A stretch of 64,000 nt of DNA from Takakia lepidozioides (GCA_030704615.1 CM060731.1:12710001-12774000), one strand, 5' to 3'. Positions 38,529 through 51,840 are shown, counted from the stretch's first letter. Notes: generated by a model from the letters alone, not told the origin. Numbers and translations are program-made.

Positions 38529-41400
38529 TCACTGGTCCCCTGGATCCATATTCAGAAGAGTGTGAACCTCCTGGGGGCTCAACCCTGGTGCATGTATGAA
38601 GTGATGAGTTGTAGAATTACACCGGAGTCTCTTTAGGTACACGTAGTACAGATGCTTGCAAGGGCAGTATGATGCCCCCTTGTTCGCCATGATCTGGAAG
38701 TCAGTGCAATTGCAGGTGGGTAATTCTGAAATGGTGATGGTGTACACCTCATTGCGAACAGCTGAGCCTGTCGTGGCCATCTGATACACACGCCCGAATC
38801 CTGATGGGGGCACTTCTGTCGAGCTCTGGATTGTACAGTTCATCCGAAGTGCATTCCCCATCTTTGTTTCGTTCACTTTTGAGGGAGGTCGCCGCCTCTT
38901 CAGTTTCCCCCAACGGTGTGTAGGATGCTTAGAGTTGTCGTGTCCCATTGTTCTTGCTCTCACAAAGGTCGGTGGTGGAGGCTGTGGAAGCGGAAATGGT
39001 TGTCTGGGGACGTCAGTGCGCTGCACCATCTGAAATCTTGCGGCGGTAAGGGCGTCGGCCTCAACCTGACTCAGATCACAACCTGGTTCCACCGGCCACA
39101 CCAGGGGAGCCTCTGGCATTGTTTGTATGCCGTACTTGGGCTTTCCATACACGCAAGTCATAATGTCGTGCCTGCAGAACCAGAACTGGGTGGTTGTCGC
39201 CTCCGCAAACTTTGCATGGACAAATCTTCTTGTAAAAGTAGGAGCAGGGACAGCCCCATCTGGATTCCTCCTTATCATCTCTAAACAACGTTGCCGTGTA
39301 TCCACACGAATTGCGGAACACCTTCCTTGACATAACGGCTTTGTGCGAGCAATTCTCCACTGTGATGCAGAGGCGTCCCTTTGATCTTCTCTCGCAATGC
39401 TGTCGCCCATTACAGTGGATTCTTGGACCTCGAAGCTGTTCGTACCAACAATTCCTCCCTGTCCGGCCCAAAGCCCCATTGTTTCCCGCTCAGGAATTTG
39501 TAGTACGTGGCTTGTTGCATGATTGATTGCTCTGTCGATGTCCTCCGTTGTGGCCGTCACTACGTCCACCAGATGTGCGGCAGAAGACGCTCGCCAGGAG
39601 GAGTGGACCGATTCTGCCATATTCGTGTTTGGCATGTCCGTGTCGGAATCCAAGCACCGCTCCTACAAGGACACAAACAATGGTGAGGGACCAATCAAAA
39701 TGTCCGTAATAGAAAGACAAATGTATGAAAATGACAGCATCCTACCTCCCGCATGTACTGTCCAAACTGTCGATACCGAAAATGCCACCACCCCAACCAG
39801 CTGTGCAATGCTCCCAGATTGATTGTCTCCACTGCACGTGACGTGTTCACCAAGCCTCGATGATAGCAAACTTAACCTCCGCGTCATCAAATGTGGGTGC
39901 ATCCTTCCACGCTGTACAAAGGACATGATGTTCAGCCTGGAATGAGCTAGCAACAAATTTGGAAGTGTAGTGAGATAGACTCTGCATCCAATGGAATCCA
40001 CAGGATTTCTTCCCCTCCATTGGAACATTGGGGTCCTCACCGTACACACGCCGCACCGCTGCCCAGTTGGCCTGAGCGTTGTCTGCCATGAATCCCCTGA
40101 AATTGGGCTCTGGCAATCCCGCCTTTGCCATCTGCTCATTTATGCCCTCCCACAGATGCATCTCGGACTGTGTGTCCTCCCCTTTCATCTCGCATATTGC
40201 AATCGTCATGAGCCTCTTGGAGTGATAGTCATAAACATGCGCACCCATAGTCACCCACTGATGGTTTGTAATTCACTTGATGTGATCAAACATCACCCAA
40301 GCATTCGACAAGTTTCCAGTTGTCATGTGAGTGACCAAGTCGACTCCACTCCCAGGCCCACACGTCGACATTTTGAAATGTAACAACGATCGGATTTGCT
40401 GCATTGCCCTGGAAACCTGCTACCTTGGATGTAGTCATATCCAGTCATTCGTTTCACCTCCAGGATTGAGTGCATGTCCGACCCCCGGCCAAACTCCTGC
40501 TTGCAAGATACGATGTGATTCCGCACATTCGGACTACAAACGTGCGAGACGGACTCCAACAGGTCACGCATCTCCTCTTCGTTCAAGGGCTCTCGGTCCA
40601 AACCATCTTCAGACATGATTTTGCCAAGAGCAATCTTGTGGGCTGCCTTCAGCTGAATCTGCTTTGGTCTGGCTCCGGGGCTCAATTTCACCTCCTCTTT
40701 TATGATGTCGTGTGCTTCCTGCACAGCCTGACGCATGTTGCCTCTCGCCAAGGGGTGGCAGTGGACCCCAACGTGTATGCAAGCTCTAGTCAAGTCCGAG
40801 AGCAAATGGATAGTAATATTGCTTGGCTCTGCACATGGACATGCACGTCGGTGGTTCTTTGCAATGTGCACACTTGAAAGAACCCGCAGGAGCTTGGCTG
40901 GAGACAATGAATGGATGATGCGTTGTGCCAGTCCAATCCGTCTTGTTTCTCCGCCCTCCTTTGGAGAGAAAGTGGAAGCAGGTGGGATTGAGGCACCTCA
41001 GCTTCCCCGCACATAGGACGTATCGTACACGAACACCATTAGCAAATTTTTGTGCTACTGGTCTTCGTCACACACCAGGGGTGTCCGTCATGCTTTCGAT
41101 CCATGTCTGTTAACATCCCCGAGGCTTTGTTTGACGAAGAAACAGGTGGTGGAAACTCGAACATTGCCATCGACTTCGGGAGGCAAAAACGTTACCTTTC
41201 TGACTGGAAATTTGGCATAGTCGAGAGCAGCCAGCTTGGAGCGAGAACCATCGAGGTGATGTTGCCGGAGGAGCTGCACAATGGACCGGGTTGGAGTTAT
41301 GCTCGAGGGCACATGCGTAGCACCTGCAGAGACGTCCATGCCGGATTTGAACGACCGTGTGGAGGACATGGGTACCTCAATGCAATCATCTTCCTCGTCG
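38529..41400 (-). mobile_element. Mutator-like (MULE) transposase with N-terminal WRKY/GCM1-type Zn domain and C-terminal SWIM finger; frameshifted
   Basis: N-terminal MDRKHDGHPWC, CAGKLRCLNPTC and IHVGVHCHP. Catalytic WVMFDH, FMADNAQAN, CGFHW (CxxH) and TNMAES. SWIM finger CNCTDF...CPCKHLYYV. Confidence 0.8.
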
Positions 41401-42261
41401 AAATGTCGAATACGTCCACACGAGAAGTATGGGGGGGTCTTGACGGTCCAGGTCGAGAATGATTATCGTTGCACACCTCTCTGTTGGCAGTGGCTGCCTG
41501 TCAATTTCCGGACTCCTTTGTGGATGGTGTGGGCAGCGACTGATTCGAAAAGGGAATGGGCATTCCCACAGCTCGGTACAGGATGGTGTCTGACAGGGGG
41601 ACGCGCCATTCGATTCCGCAACCTCCGTCGTTACCTAGCACGACAATGGTCTCGTCAACCTGCCCAGAAACATCCTTCCTTTCTTCTTTCAAATAATTTG
41701 TGCCCGGTTTGAGCTTGAATTTGGAACAAAGGTAAGTTTCAGTCACTCTGCAAAGTCCTCCCTCGTTTGGGATCCAGGCTCTCCCAAGTTGGGGAGGACA
41801 GCAAACTATAGCGTAGGAATTCGGAGCCATCGAAGACCGCACGAAGTTGGCAAGTGCGAGGTGAAGTATAGCGAGAGACCAAGGCTCACAGGCACCACGT
41901 CAGTGGTTATGCGGAGTCCATCGACGATTGAAGTGGAAGTATTGTTTCAACATACATGCTTGAAGGTGGGAGGTGTGATTCCCTATGCAGTAAGTATCAC
42001 AATGATGGTCGATTCGGCGACGAAATAACATCTCCTGACAGTTTCTCCTGAGGGTGGATCAACCAGTATTCGGGGTGCAGACATGAACGTTCGCACTGAC
42101 AAGTGCCAAGAGTGTTAGTTAAAACGGTTAGATACCCAAGTTGTGCTCATTAACACAGGCCGCAATTGTGTTGTTTCGGAGCACTGCAACCCATTGCACA
42201 TAGATGAATGGGAAGGCGGTCCCGCATCCCAGTTCGACATCATCCCCTCCTTGATTGTGAT

Positions 42262-42986
42262 CGGAAATGCGGTGAAGGATTTCCGTCCGATCTCTTTCAA
42301 TGGAATCCAGTGGGCGGAAATGAGGTTACCCATATCCGACCGGTGTGCTACTTTCGATTGCTGTTGGACGGAAATACGGCGCCGCATTTCAATTTTGCAT
42401 CTTAGTCATGCACCAGTGCCACTGAAATGCGGCACCGCATTTCGCCTCCAACAGAGACCTTCATATTCCTTAGAACGGAAATACGCTACTGCATTTCCGT
42501 TATAACTGAAAACCTTGAACCACCGAAACTGAAATACGGCACCGCATTCACGTCGCTCGCCAACACTTCGGAAATTCAGAACGGAAATGCGGCGCCGCAT
42601 TTCCGTTTTCAATCTGTGGCATGGAGTTGTGGGACTGGACTCTTGCACAACATTTCCGTCCGGGGCAGACTTTCTTACTGTTCAGAACGGAATTGATCGG
42701 ACGCACATTCACGTCCGGAGTGAAAATCGTGAACCAACGGAACTGAAATGCGGGACCGCATTTTCAATCCGAAGTTCCCGCCTTCGGACATTCCAGAACG
42801 GAAATGCGGCGACCGCATTTCCGTTTTCAATCTGTGGCATGGAGCTGTGGAACCGGACTCTTGCACAGCATTTCCGTCCGGGGCAGACTTTCTTAATGTT
42901 CAGAATGAATTGCGGCCCCGCATTCACGTCCTGAGCAATGTGAAATCGTGATCCACCGGAACTGAAATGCGGGGGACCGCATTTCC
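42262..42986. repeat. Array 1 of GGAAATGCGGCGCCGCATTTCC-type palindromes (~12 copies; includes a ~220-bp tandem duplication)
   Basis: Directly visible; lies between the divergent transposase and MTase-like genes. Confidence 0.9.
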
Positions 42987-43012
42987 TTCCGGCCCATGCC
43001 AAACGCTTCTTC

Positions 43013-46000
43013 ATGGAAAGTGAGGGGCAGGTCAAAACGTTGCAGTCAGTGACTGAGCACTTGAAGGAAGCCGGGGTCAAGTCGAGAACGAAATACAAGT
43101 CAAAGCTTGTGAAGCTGGTGGCAATTGCAGATCGGCACCACTTGGAAAGGACTTCATCCCCGAGATTGCAAAACACTATTCTCGCGGACATGCAGCCGAC
43201 AATGCAATTGAAAAACTGATATCATGTCAACGGCATGTGATGAGACGAAAGAGAAGGTTGATGGTTCAATGCACTGAAGTTCCTTACTAGCAATAGCCAC
43301 CTTCTTCCTGCTCCTACATTGGATCGGAAATGGCAGACACTGGTGGCGCTGTCGATCTGGAGCATTCCGAGAGCCATCAAGGACGATGTGGCTCTTTTCC
43401 ACTCGAAGTTTTCCGAACCTGCAGTGGATGTGTTGGCTCAACTGCATGACTTGGTGGTCCAGCGTAATTCAAGGTACTTCCAGATTTCGCTTTCTGAAAT
43501 GAATCCCCTGAACTGACTACGTGACAATGCATTTGGAATCGCAAGTAATGTCGAATGCGAAGGAGCAAGTCGTAATGGCACACAAATTCGTTCGGCTTGT
43601 ACGTCAAATGCGGATGGAACACAGACATTGGAAGAATACGTGACACGTTTCAGATGATGCGTACAAGGCAACCTCTTCGCCAGAGAGCTACAGACAGCAA
43701 GAAGAAGCGTGGAGTTTACACATCAGGAGGGGGGAGCGGGAAAAAGCTTGCAATGAACGAATTGTTTACAGGTGAAGCACAGCTGCCTTTGTATGCGAAG
43801 CTGGTTACGAGGTTGTCTGGGAAATGCCCGGACACGCATTCGCATTTTTATGTTTTCGTTGGCACTCTTTATGTGAGTAGGTTCGTCCAAACTTTTGCTC
43901 ACGCATGCTGACTGCCTTGCAGGTATATGAAATACGTGCTTCTTCAAACAGGGGCCCCCTGGCCTCAGAGACCCCGTCTCATGCGCTTGGAACGTGGCGC
44001 GGCCCAAGCCGGGTTCACACACCCCGAGATGCAGAAGAAACAATGGCGCCGCGCATCTGTTGGATGCCCCTGGTACCTGGATAGTCTGACGGTTATTGTT
44101 GACGAGTCTGAGGAAAGATTTGCACGCCTTGGTAGAGATGAAGAGAAAGGAAAGACGTGTCCCTGCCTGGGCCAAAAGTCGGCAAAGGAATCTGCTGCTC
44201 TCAGTAGAATCCAGAAGGCCAGCCTGAGATGGCACAAAAGACGGTGGATGACAGCTGTGCAGGCTCAACAGAGGGTCGAAGAAGAGGACTTGCCAGCAAG
44301 GGCAAGATGTTGTGACACCAAGAAAACGAAAAGCAGAACAGCATGTTGGTTCAGGGAAGCAGGAGTGACGAAGAGGACTCCGATGGAGACTTTGCATCTA
44401 TCCAGCCCAACCCACGCAAAAGCAGCCTGGCCCCCTGTGACCACCGTTGTCACGAGAGGCACGAGAACTGGCTCGGCAAAGAAGGGCACTCTTCAACCCC
44501 CAGGCGGGCACCCTCGCGCGATGGAAATGAAGAGCCGAAAGTGGCTCCCGAAACAGTAGTCCAGTGTGTAAATGAGAGTTTCTTGGTGGGGTGGAAAGCG
44601 ACGGGCAGCCAAGTTGGCCATACATGAAGACCATGGAGGCGTCTGAAGGGCCAGAGCATTGAAGAAGGTGACTGCCGAAGAGCCTACCGACACCCCTGGG
44701 GATTCAGAATTATGCTTGTTCTTTGAGAGGGTAGTGCACACAAGGATTGTAGGGATGGGCGGAAATGCCATGAGTGGTCTTGCGATATGATCATCTTGGA
44801 TATTCCGGACGGAGAGCTGTGGAAGGACTGCAAGCTTTTCCATCTTGGAACGTAATCGGAGGACTTTGGAAGAAAGGATTCGCGGCGTCCGCCCGCATCG
44901 GTGTTGGACGAAAGAGGCTGGTGGTTGTACTGGCGAGCAGAGGAAAAAACACGAGACAGGAATTGCGGAGTGGACCCGCAAGAGCGCCATCCAATTCTGA
45001 AAAAGAAGATGATTGACATCAACACACTAGGCCTTCGGTTCGGAAAGGGAAGAAGGTAATTACGACACATGGCACTCGTCCATTCATTTGCTGGAGTGTT
45101 TTGAAAAGCGAAGTGCCGCATTCGGTTTCTAATCGTTCCCACCTGTGTATGCAGACGAAGCAGTTCGATGCATATGCTTTGTGAAGCGAGAACTCCACTT
45201 TGCTTTCCGGAAGGAGGGGGAGGAAAGGTTGACCCGAACGGCGACCCCCTCGATTACGACGATTCTGTTCAACAACGTTCCCAAGGAACTCTCCCTCATA
45301 GCCTCACTTCAACGGAGCCCCCCTCGCGGTACTCACGGACTCGGAGCCCTGCCTTCATTCAGACAATTTGACGAGACATGCACTGACGTGGAGGGCACAG
45401 TGCTCGACCTCATCTGTGGGACAGGTATGCAGAATCTGTTCTATGTTGTTATAGCAAATTCTCGTTAGGATGTAGTTCGCCAACATCTGAAGCGCCATGT
45501 TCTTAATGTGTGGATGGCATTGTAACAGGTGCCTCAATGTGGGCGGGGAGAGGTTTCTGACCGTCACCTCTTTGCATACGAGGAGGACTCATCCGTCTGG
45601 GGATCCCATCGGAGGGCTGCAACGGAATGTTAAGGCTCCCAATAGAGCCAAAGTCTCCTCGACGATTGTCGGAGTCCGAGGAAGACACAGTCGGACATTG
45701 AGCGGAGGAGAACCCGGAATCGATGTGAGATGCAAACATGTAGTTTGCAAAGCCTTCTGGGTGATTTTTGTCAAACGAATTCCGGACTGTGGTTCTCATT
45801 AGTCTCGTTGAGTGATTGTCATGTGCCAGGATTCCAGGGTCCGGATCGAAACATGTAGGGCCGCAACTTCTGCCAGGAAAAATCTCCGTCTTTGCGAAGA
45901 GGCGACTTCATGACGAGCCCGGTGACGAGAATACTCCTTCTAGTATGCAGCTAAACTCGCAAATACAGACGATTAGAAGAAGTGAGAATCCCAGTAAACG

Positions 46001-46300
46001 TAGAGCGATTTTGGAGAGGCCATAGAGAGGACAGAAGGATAAGGAAAGAGTTGGCAGCACCTCAGACAGGTAGACGGGTACGAAAGTACATATGTGATTC
46101 AGCGGATGAGAGCGATGCAGAAAGGGAGGACGACGAACCCAAAGGAGCCGTGAGATGGACGGTCCGCAATGGGAAGATGGGATTTTCGAAAAGCCTGGCC
46201 AACGAGCACAGTCCGCTGGAGATGAGAAAGGCAATGAGGGGTGGAGGAGGAGCAGGACAGTCAAGGAATATGAGGATACGGATGAGTTTCAGGATTATAG
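43013..46300 (+). pseudogene. Second multi-exon amino-methyltransferase-like gene, homologous to 1-3995; frameshifted; acidic C-terminal tail
   Basis: CDMIILDIPDG at 44781-44813; FPSWN; VLDERG; DD-ILFNN; RSPAFIQTI-ETCTDVEGTVLDLICGTG (45345-45426). N-terminal matches to gene 1: LSIWS..KD, YMKYVL, WYLD. Confidence 0.72.
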
Positions 46301-46437
46301 AATTTTAATGAAGTTCGGGCCGACATGTCTAAATCTCTTCCAGAGTATATAAAGGAAATTCTCCCCGACCTTCATGACCCCTCTACCATGTGCATTCCAA
46401 CCACACAATCGTCCAAACCACGACCCTCCCAAAATCG

Positions 46438-47528
46438 GAAATGACGCGCAACGCATTTCCATGTACGAACAAAATTTTGGCAACTCTAAAAACTCTTTTG
46501 GAAATGCGGCACCGCATTTCCAAAACAGGGGCAAGACTAATTTTCCATTTCATGGTTTGGATAGTGCAAACTGTTCGGCCGATTGGAAATGCGATGCCGC
46601 ATTTCCAAAATTTCCTTTTTCGACACGCCAGTTTAGGCCTCTCAGACTCCTTTCATGGATGCAACCACGCTTGCAGAGGTCGATCAAGGAGGTCGAACAA
46701 GGAGGTCCAAATGGCGGACATGGAAATGCGGTGCCGCATTTCCATTTTGGGGATGGACGTTGTTCCAACTGCAGACACATCAGCCAAAATCGGCACCGCA
46801 TTCCATTGTCCAAAAAAAATGTCGATGACGGACATGGCAATGCGGCGCCGCATTTCCAGAACGGACATCGCATAATTGTCCATTTGCAGACCCTCTTACG
46901 AAAATGCGGCCAACGCATTCCATAGCGACTCGTCGGAAGTACACACCGCCTTGGCGAAGGGTTGCGACGGAAATGCGGCACCGCATTCCTTGTCCAAAAA
47001 GAAGTTCCCATTGCCAACATGGAAATGCGTCGCCGCATTTCCAATGCCAACATCATTGTCTGTCCAATTCATAGACCCGTGTGGGTATTTCGTGTAGCCG
47101 GACGGAAATGCTGCACCGCATTCCAATGTCCGACATGGAAATGCGCTGCCGCATTCCAATGACCGACATGGAAATGTTGTGCCGCGTTCCCTTGTCCGTC
47201 GACAATGCTAATGACGGACATGCAAATGCGGGTCCGCATTTTCAGAACGGCCATTGATGTCTGTCCATTTTCAGACCATTTGACAGAAATGCGCCACCGT
47301 ATTCCATTGTCCAAAAAGGAAATACGGTGCCGCATTCCATTGTCCGGTACGAAATTACATGACGCGACATGAAATGCGGTGCCGCATTTCCAGTAAGGAC
47401 ATGAACAAGCATTCGCGATTGGACATGTTTGGACAATTGAAGGTACAAAGTGGAGATGTGGTGCCACATTTCCAAATCGAAGTATGTTAATGCCAAGTCA
47501 AGAATTGAAATGCGGTTCCGAATTTCCG
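46438..47528. repeat. Array 2 of GGAAATGCGG..CCGCATTTCC palindromes (~18 copies, variable spacers)
   Basis: Copies near 46438, 46500, 46585, 46722, 46786, 46836, 46900, 46969, 47021, 47104, 47137, 47170, 47222, 47286, 47318, 47371, 47452 and 47507. Confidence 0.92.
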
Positions 47529-47829
47529 AGCTTCCGCTTGTACATGATTCCTTTTACACATACATGGATTTCCGTCAACTCATGACTCTGATATCGGTTA
47601 CTCGGTTGGGTATATTCATCTGGACAGACACATTGTAGAAATGAGACCACAAATTGTAAACAGTGGGCCAATTCCGGCAACACAATGAAACACAATCACA
47701 CAGAAGTGAGGTTAAGTTGGGGTGGTTTTATTGATCGGACATGGTGTCTCATCCCTAAGACAAAACTAAGCCCTTCCTCCTTCTAAATGGGCTTCACCAA
47801 GTCGACGGAACTTCGATAGCCCTCAAACA

Positions 47830-49450
47830 AGCTAATTACTGCTACGGCCAACTTCGAGGTAAACTGCAATTCGTCGTTCTGCTGCCCTTGCTGAGGATGA
47901 CGACAATGTCATGCCCATCAATGATACATTCACCTCATACATTGACAAGGTCACTGTGGGCCTCCTGTGCTCGTGCGATTCGTCTTCGCAACTCAGCCGA
48001 ATGTCTCCATACACTGGAAGAGTGGAGTGATCTCCACGAAGTATAGTTTTAAAATGCCGTGCCCGTCCTCCCTGGTCCACTGGCAGCTAGTTCCAGCGCC
48101 AAAGCACGAGGCCCTGTGCGCGATCTGTCCGGCCATCCTTTCCAGCTTGGGTATATCGATGGTCAACAATTTTCAGGACCCACGGACCGTAATTGACCCT
48201 CGCCCTCACCTCGCTCAAAGTGGTAATAGCCCTCTAAATACTCCATTGCGCGCAAAGACTCCCGCTTGATTCCAGTAGCGTCTCTGGAAACAGAGAGCCG
48301 GACAATGATGTCTCCTGATTCTGGTTTGAACAATAGCATAATCGTGGCCATGATAAGGGCAGTCGGCTGGATTCGGCGGCACGGCATCTTGAAAAGAGTA
48401 GCGGAGTACGCTCAATGACAACAGCTCCCGGATGGAGGAGGAGCAGCGCGGTGGCTGGGAAAAGTTCAAGCTAACGCTGCAATTCCTCACAAAAACACTC
48501 CAGGGCAATTTAAATTTCCCCCCTACAGGATCCTGCACGGATGGAGATTGGCTGCCCCATGAATGTAGCCGTTTCAGTTTCCTACCCTGCCATGCAAACT
48601 ATGGGCAGTCACTGCACTGCCAGGTGGGCCGATAGCCACTCGACAAGACGAAGTCCATCCCCCATTCGATTGTAAATGCGGCGCGATTTCCATCCGGGGG
48701 ATGGACTTTGTTGGCAGATCTCGAACAATACCTCTTGGATGAGAAAGAGCTATTAGTTCATCCGCCGCTGGCGTGATGATTACGTTACAGGATGATTGGT
48801 GGGTACGGTGGGGCCCGATGCTCCAGTATTGGATGACGGACTGCCTCTTCGCTTCTCATCATTGTGCATCGAAGGGACTCGTTGCTGTCCTAAGGTCATT
48901 GTCATCGGCATTCAAGACGTCCTCAATGTCCTCCTCCTTTGCAAGGATGTCGTGCTTCCGTAACCGGGACGACTGCCTTATGGCGGTTTGGATAGCAATG
49001 TATTCGGCCACATCGGGAAAGACATCGTTATATGGTTCACAGTTTTCACAGGAAGAGAAACAGGTTCGAATGTGGAAACATTGACCACTTTTGAGTATAT
49101 CCCAGGCCAGTACACCTTCGAGCGGGGTGACGATCTTGGTCTGAGTAGTCCGTGGCTCCTGCGCATCCTTGATTCCGATTTTCCCAGCTACGACGGTCAC
49201 CCATGCAGAAGAATGCGCACTGCTTTATGCTGTTGCGGGGAACTGATGCCAGTGTGGACGTGGGTGGACTCCATCGAGAGACGTATTCTCCTGAAGTAGT
49301 GCGCTCCTTCTCCATTGTATGGGGACATTCGCATTGGGGTGGACGACGAAACGTGAAGCTTTCAATATTCGATGGTGGTATGATTGAAGGGGCACGACAT
49401 TGTGGTGAACATCGACAGGGGCGGTACAACGGATGCAATCCAGTTACCTG
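47830..49450 (-). pseudogene. Unidentified broken coding-like region, probably further cargo of the MULE-like element
   Basis: Consecutive short minus-strand ORFs with protein-like composition, the same CG-rich character as 38-47 kb, and one more palindrome near 48675. No recognisable motif. Confidence 0.3.
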
Positions 49451-51379
49451 GAGGAGCCCGAAGACTCAGGAGGTAGTTCTCAGAGCAGTCGAAGTCCAGA
49501 TGACAACGTGACTTGTATTCAGAAGGCACAGGGCTAAAGATTTGTCAGCACAATAGACGTGCTTCAAATGCAATTCATGTGGATCAATAAAAACCCCATT
49601 GTGCCCTCTTTTATTCTATTTTGTATCCATCGTTCCCAGAAGCATCATTCCTCATTTCGTTTGGGATTGGGAGTGGGTGGATTTTGCAAGTGGCTGATAG
49701 GCTGAAAAGGGCCCCCATTGTACAGAGCAGTACCACCCTACCATTCGCGAAACATTGCCTTTCAATATTTAATTCTAAAAAACATTGCCGGACCTCCTTC
49801 ATTGGGAGGTCCTTCTCCCCCTATGACCGTGACACCCTAAACCCTATTCCCGCGGACACTCATTTCCGGAAAATAGTTTGCTCATGGTTTTTTTCCCCAC
49901 TTACGACTCTGCTCATGGCTCATGCCGCTCATGGCTCATGGCTCATGAAATAGCAGCCCCCCAGACAGGTAGGTACTGGTATAAGAGGACTGAATTAATG
50001 CTGTTGTGTGGCTGCTCTAGCTCGTGTGGAGGAAATAGTCCTTGTGTAGGTGTTATGCAGGCTGTTGAAATCAGATGAACGTAGGTTCTCAGTGAATCAT
50101 AGTGCAGACTGGAAGTTGGCACGTGTGAAATCCACTGATTTTGTTTCAGGTTGCCCAGGTGGAAAAGGTGAAAGGTCAACACTCACTCCAACGGGAAGGC
50201 TGCGTGGAATCTGACAGTCATGAGCAACAACAACAAGAGAAACACAATGAAGGCTTGATAGCTGGGAAACCCGGATCAATAATTGTTTATTCAAAGGTTA
50301 AGTCTTACTAACGGCATCAGCCTCGACAAAGGTAGGTCTGTCCCTTTGTGTTTCCGCTCACACGGGCGCGGGTCAATGGCCACAAAGGACCTACAACAAA
50401 CAAAGTCTATGAGAAATTCTCTATCTATGTCCCGTGCTGATACTGAAGGCTATAGCAAGCAGTGGCTTAATGATCGTCATACTCTGCACGATCGATGCTC
50501 ACTAGTATTAATAATACTCCATTCCCTTCAAACCTGCTTGCTGGCTGTGGTATCACTGGCTCAACCTCCCCAACCAGGTATGTCATATCAAATGTTTGCA
50601 GAAACGATGGGGATACAGAGGCGGTCATAGCAAGGAGATGTGAAAACAGACATGCATGACATCGACATGGGGTTGAATAAACGAACAGAAGAAAGAAATC
50701 CCCCCGGCCTTGACCCGGGTCCGTACGGGTCATAGTACAGGCCCTGAAACACACACAAACGCCATGAATAGATGAAAGATCAGGATTGTGAAAGTACAGA
50801 AAGATCAGGGAGCTGCAATTTGCACTCGAGGAATCCAACTACCAACACCTAATCCCCATTGAAGCAACGAAAGCAACCTATATCCAGACAGAGCAAATGA
50901 CACTGGTAATGGTTAGAGTAGAGAGACAATGGCATACGTTTGACCAGCCAAAACCAAAGCGAGAGAACGCTGATAGGGGCCTATGAATGGCAGTATCGAA
51001 TTTGACCTCGGCTTCAGACTCAAGCTACTGAGTCTTCTTGTTCTGGAAATTTTCCTTTGCATCCATAGTCCGCATGATCCCTGCAACAAAGACAAACACT
51101 GATGGGTCTCAGTTTGTTCTTCACAACATGAGCCCATGGTTTTGAAAAGAGAGACAAAGAAAAGAAACAGTTCTCGAACAGTCTACAATGAAAACTTCTC
51201 GAGAACATGTCCCATGAGGAACAGAGAAAGGGAAAGGAGAAAAGGGAAGTGGCAAGAAAGGGTCAGCAAACTTTGTCTATGTTCTCGAGAGCCTGCAATC
51301 GAAGGCGAGGAGGTCTTTGTTAGTGTACTTGTTCTTAGCAAGGTAGCCGAAGATGGCGTTCTCGTCGTGTATACATGTC

Positions 51380-51840
51380 TTGAATCTGTAGTATGGCAGA
51401 TGTTCTTACCTACCCAGAGGCCTTGCATGCTGCATGTCATGGGATACTTACAAATGGCAAAGAGTGAAGGGCAATATGTTTTGTCGTGCCCAAGAAGTTT
51501 ACTGGTTACATGCTTGAAATCTGATTAATTGCAGGCTGGTCCTTCAAGGTACCTGCATGAACATATCCTAAATCTGTAGTAGAACAGGTTTGTCTTACCT
51601 ACCCAAGAGCTTGCATGATGCATGTCTTGGGCGGGTACTTACAAATGACAAGAGTGAATTTGCAATATGTTTTGTCATGCCCAAGAAGATTACTTGGTTG
51701 CATGTTGAAATCTGGTAATTGTAGGCTGGTCCTTCAGGGTGCTTGTATGAACATACCTTGAATCTATAGCAGGGCGCCGTGTTCTTACCTACCCAAGGAG
51801 CCTTCCATGGTGCATGTCTTGGGTTACTTACAGGAATTTG
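51380..51840. repeat. Tandem repeat, ~2.5 x 190 bp
   Basis: tcttacctaccca...gcatgtc...acttaca at ~51403, ~51593 and ~51783. Confidence 0.85.

Noticed and set aside
46374-47496. Many overlapping ORFs with MRRRIS/GNAAPHF/KCGAAF peptides (also 42115-42951)
   Set aside because: Translation artefacts of the palindrome arrays.
46438-47528. CRISPR array (palindromic repeats with spacers)
   Set aside because: Repeats are degenerate, spacer lengths are irregular and partly duplicated, there are no cas genes, and the context is eukaryotic.
37946-50300. Terminal inverted repeats and TSD for the MULE-like element
   Set aside because: No matching pair found by eye; boundaries left undefined.
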